A stretch of DNA of 64,000 bases from Pseudomonadota bacterium (lineage in GTDB: Bacteria; Pseudomonadota; Alphaproteobacteria; Caulobacterales; Caulobacteraceae), in assembly GCA_023412655.1 (NCBI GenBank), contig JAEYNH010000207.1, positions 2,964 through 66,963 on the forward strand. Direction: 5' to 3'. The notes below the pieces were generated by a model, which was given only the letters and a program-made list of their open reading frames with translations, was not told the DNA's origin and did not search any database. The position numbers and the translations under genes were made by a program. Every line of letters begins with the position of its first letter. Positions within the stretch are counted from its first letter, which is position 1. Positions 61,516-64,000 of this stretch are shown piece after piece.

Positions 61516-63489
61516 TTAGCTCAGCTTCGCTTTCGCCGCGGCGGCCACGTGCTCCGGCGTGATGCCGAAGTGCTGGTAGAGGGCCTTGTCGGTGGCGCTG
61601 GCGCCGAACCCGCTCATCCCCACGAACACCCCGTCGGCGCCGATGAACCGGTCCCACCCCTGGCGGATGCCGGCTTCCACGGCGACCTTCACCTCGGTCT
61701 CGCCGATCAGGGTCTCCTGGTAGTCGCTGGGCTGGGCCTCGAACAGCTCGAAGCTCGGGACCGAGACCACCCGGGCGCCGACGCCGTCGGCCTCGAGCAG
61801 GTCCTTGGCGGCCAGGGCGATGGGAACCTCGGTGCCGCTGGCGAAGATCGTCACCTGGGCCGGCAGGCTGGCGGGCGCCAGCTGGTAGGCGCCCCGGGCC
61901 GACAGGTTCTCGCCGATCGGCTGGGTGCGCACCGCGGCGGTCTTCTGGCGCGACAGGGCCAGCACCGAGGGCGTCGCCTTGGCGTCGAGCGCCAGCTTCC
62001 AGCACTCGGCGGTCTCCACGGCGTCGGCCGGGCGGAAGACGTTGAGGTTGGGCATGGCCCGCAGGGAGGCCAGGTGTTCCACCGGCTGGTGGGTGGGGCC
62101 GTCCTCGCCCAGGCCGATGGAATCGTGGGTGCCCACGTGGATCACCCGCACCCCCATCAGGGCCGCCAGCCGGATCGCCGGCCGCGAATAATCGGTGAAC
62201 ACCAGGAAGGTGCCGCCATAGGGGATGACGCCGCCGTGCAGGGCCATGCCGTTCATGGCCGCGGCCATGCCGAACTCGCGCACGCCGTAGTTCACATAGC
62301 GGCCGGCGTAGTCCGGGGCGTCCAGGATCGGGGTGTTCTTGACGAAGGTGTTGTTCGAGCCGGTGAGGTCGGCCGAGCCGCCCACCAGTTCCGGGATCTC
62401 GCCGAAGATCTTCTCCAGCACCGCGCCGGAATGCTGGCGGGTGGCGGCGGCCGGAGCCTTGGCCTCGGCGTCGGCGATGAACTGGTCGAGGGCCGCGAAG
62501 GCGGTCTTCGGCAGCTCCCCGGCCATGGCCCGCTCGAAGTCGCTGCGCAGGGTCGAGGCGGCCAGGCGCGCCTCCCAGGCCTTGCGCAGCTTGGCGCCCC
62601 GGCGCCCGGCGGCGCGCCAGGGCTTCAGGGCCTCGTCCGGCACCACGAACGGCTCGTGCGGCCAGCCGAGGTTATCCCGGGTCTTGACCACCTCGTCCTT
62701 GCCCAGGGCTTTGCCGTGGACGTCATGGGTGCCCTGGAAGGTGGGGGAGCCCTTGCCGATGACGGTCTTGCAGGCGATCAGCGTCGGCCGGTCCTGCTTG
62801 GTGGCCCATGCGAGGGCCCGGCGGATCTGACCTTCGTCGTGGCCGTCGATGCGCTTGGTGGCCCAGCCGGCGGCCTTGAAGCGGGCGAGCTGGTCGGTGG
62901 CGTCGGAAAGGCCCACATGACCGTCGATGGTGATGTCGTTGTCGTCCCACAGCACCGTGAGCTTGGCCAGCTTCAGCCGGCCGGCCAGGCTGATCGCCTC
63001 GTGGCTCACCCCCTCCATCAGGCAGCCGTCGCCGGCCACCACCCAGGTGCGATGGTCGACCAGATCCGCGCCGAAGCGGGCCGCCAGGTGACGTTCGGCC
63101 ATGGCCATGCCCACGGCGGTGGCCAGGCCCTGGCCCAGCGGGCCGGTGGTGGTCTCGACGCCGGGGGTGTGGCCGTACTCCGGGTGGCCCGGGGTGTTCG
63201 AGCCGAGCTGGCGGAAGTTCTTCAGGCTGTCGAGGGTGACCGCCTTGACGCCCGCCAGGTGCAGCAGGCTGTACAGCAGCATCGAGCCGTGGCCCGCCGA
63301 CAGCACGAAGCGGTCGCGGTCGGCCCAGTCGGGGCGGGCGGCGTCGTACTTCAGAAAGCGCGACCACAGCACCGTCGCCACGTCGGCCATGCCCATGGGC
63401 ATGCCGGGGTGTCCGGAATTGGCCCTTTCCACGGCGTCCATCGAGAGGACGCGGATGGCGTCGGCCATGAGCTTCGTCGGCGCGGGCAT
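61516..63489 (-). CDS. tkt: Transketolase
   Basis: ATG 63489 ([33 protein letters not shown]...). GDGCLMEG (TPP motif). 657 aa. Confidence 0.96.
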   Translation of the reverse strand: MPAPTKLMADAIRVLSMDAVERANSGHPGMPMGMADVATVLWSRFLKYDAARPDWADRDRFVLSAGHGSMLLYSLLHLAGVKAVTLDSLKNFRQLGSNTPGHPEYGHTPGVETTTGPLGQGLATAVGMAMAERHLAARFGADLVDHRTWVVAGDGCLMEGVSHEAISLAGRLKLAKLTVLWDDNDITIDGHVGLSDATDQLARFKAAGWATKRIDGHDEGQIRRALAWATKQDRPTLIACKTVIGKGSPTFQGTHDVHGKALGKDEVVKTRDNLGWPHEPFVVPDEALKPWRAAGRRGAKLRKAWEARLAASTLRSDFERAMAGELPKTAFAALDQFIADAEAKAPAAATRQHSGAVLEKIFGEIPELVGGSADLTGSNNTFVKNTPILDAPDYAGRYVNYGVREFGMAAAMNGMALHGGVIPYGGTFLVFTDYSRPAIRLAALMGVRVIHVGTHDSIGLGEDGPTHQPVEHLASLRAMPNLNVFRPADAVETAECWKLALDAKATPSVLALSRQKTAAVRTQPIGENLSARGAYQLAPASLPAQVTIFASGTEVPIALAAKDLLEADGVGARVVSVPSFELFEAQPSDYQETLIGETEVKVAVEAGIRQGWDRFIGADGVFVGMSGFGASATDKALYQHFGITPEHVAAAAKAKLS

Positions 63490-63626
63490 CGAGATCTTTC
63501 GCAGGTCGTTTACGGCGGAATGCGGCGCCCCCTCGCACGCAGGAACCCGAGGGTCAAGAAACGGGCCAATTCCCAAGCCATGCGACGCGCTTTAGAAAAG
63601 GCCGGTAAGCCTTTGGGGAGTCATGC

Positions 63627-63899
63627 ATGAACCCGGGCGAGAGCAACCTCGATCTGGCGGCGAAGCGACTTGAGCGCGCAGTCCAGCAGCTGGAGCAACG
63701 GCTGGCCGAGAAGCTGCGCCAGGCGAGCGCCGACGACCTGTTCGGCCAGGACCGCGCCGAGCTGGCCGCCGAGCTCGATCGCGCCAGGGCCCGCGAGCGC
63801 GAACTCGAGGAGGCTGGCGCCCAGGCGTCCGAAGCCCTCGGCAAGGCGATCCAGGAAATCCGCGCCGCCCTGAGCGGGCAGGCGCCCGCGGAGCAGTAG
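63627..63899 (+). CDS. DUF4164-type coiled-coil protein (ZauP-like, ZapA partner)
   Basis: 90 aa, all-helical (LERAVQQLEQRLAEKL...). Sits immediately upstream of zapA, as for Caulobacter zauP (from memory). Confidence 0.65.
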   Translation: MNPGESNLDLAAKRLERAVQQLEQRLAEKLRQASADDLFGQDRAELAAELDRARARERELEEAGAQASEALGKAIQEIRAALSGQAPAEQ

Positions 63900-63901
63900 C
63901 C

Positions 63902-64000
63902 ATGGCTCAGATCAGCGTTGAGGTGAACGGACGGCCCTATGCGGTGGGCTGCGAGGACGGGCAGGAGCAGCACCTGCAGGAGCTGGCCCGGATGTTCGAC
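63902..64000 (+). CDS. zapA: Cell division protein ZapA (5' part only; continues beyond window)
   Basis: Not in track (edge-truncated). ATG 63902: MAQISVEVNGRPYAVGCEDGQEQHLQELARMFD is a typical ZapA N-terminus. Confidence 0.8.
   Translation, partial: MAQISVEVNGRPYAVGCEDGQEQHLQELARMFD

Noticed and set aside
60589-63630. A 1013-aa ORF on the plus strand.
   Set aside because: It is antisense to purT and tkt, both of which have unmistakable motifs on the minus strand.

Overview
This is a strongly GC-rich chromosomal segment with a marked GC3 bias and very long stop-free antisense frames. Protein sequences and synteny suggest an alphaproteobacterium of the Caulobacterales type (inference): an rcdA-like DUF1465 gene next to DUF1192, a ZauP-like gene followed by zapA, sigma-32 rpoH, phaR-phaAB, and tkt/gap/pgk/fba. 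I can support about 68 tightly packed protein-coding genes on both strands, almost all housekeeping. They include a TPR-glycosyltransferase, DUF72 and an M28 peptidase; a TetR regulator with an OMF-MFP-RND efflux operon; purA; rpoH; phoD; folE-hisI; cysS; an arylsulfatase; yidD-thrS-GT2; HMG-CoA lyase; and an ArnT/ArnC-like glycosyltransferase pair. Further along are the PHB genes, gloB, P-II, rpmE, an ABC exporter, glpQ, suhB, thiE, a short (CIO-type) cytochrome bd oxidase, bfd-bfr, an MFS transporter, catalase, fba-pgk-gap, tkt-purT and a partial zapA. By eye I found no rRNA, tRNA, CRISPR array, transposase, integrase, prophage or recognisable defence genes, and no large compositional island. 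The window therefore reads as core genome rather than an accessory region, and I do not see a large undescribed multi-gene system. The items worth a second look are small. (1) An orphan encapsulated-ferritin (EncFtn)-like gene with no targeting peptide and no encapsulin gene sits head-to-head with phoD across a 65-bp region containing a good Pho box. (2) A GTTC-N7-GTTC SOS-box-like motif abuts the start of an uncharacterised acidic protein that interrupts the tkt/gap cluster. (3) A 4.3 x 16-bp tandem array lies next to a 22-codon hydrophobic sORF and a small HTH/coiled-coil gene. (4) A receiver-domain protein lacks the phospho-acceptor Asp. (5) There are related Fur/Mur-like sites around cydAB/bfd/bfr, a PhaR-type CTGC-N3-GCAG operator, an unlisted DUF2474-like sORF after cydB, and REP-like hairpin repeats. 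The ORF track omits edge-truncated ORFs and ORFs under 60 aa, and many listed ORFs are antisense or alternate-frame artefacts. All family assignments come from motif recognition by eye, not from database searches.
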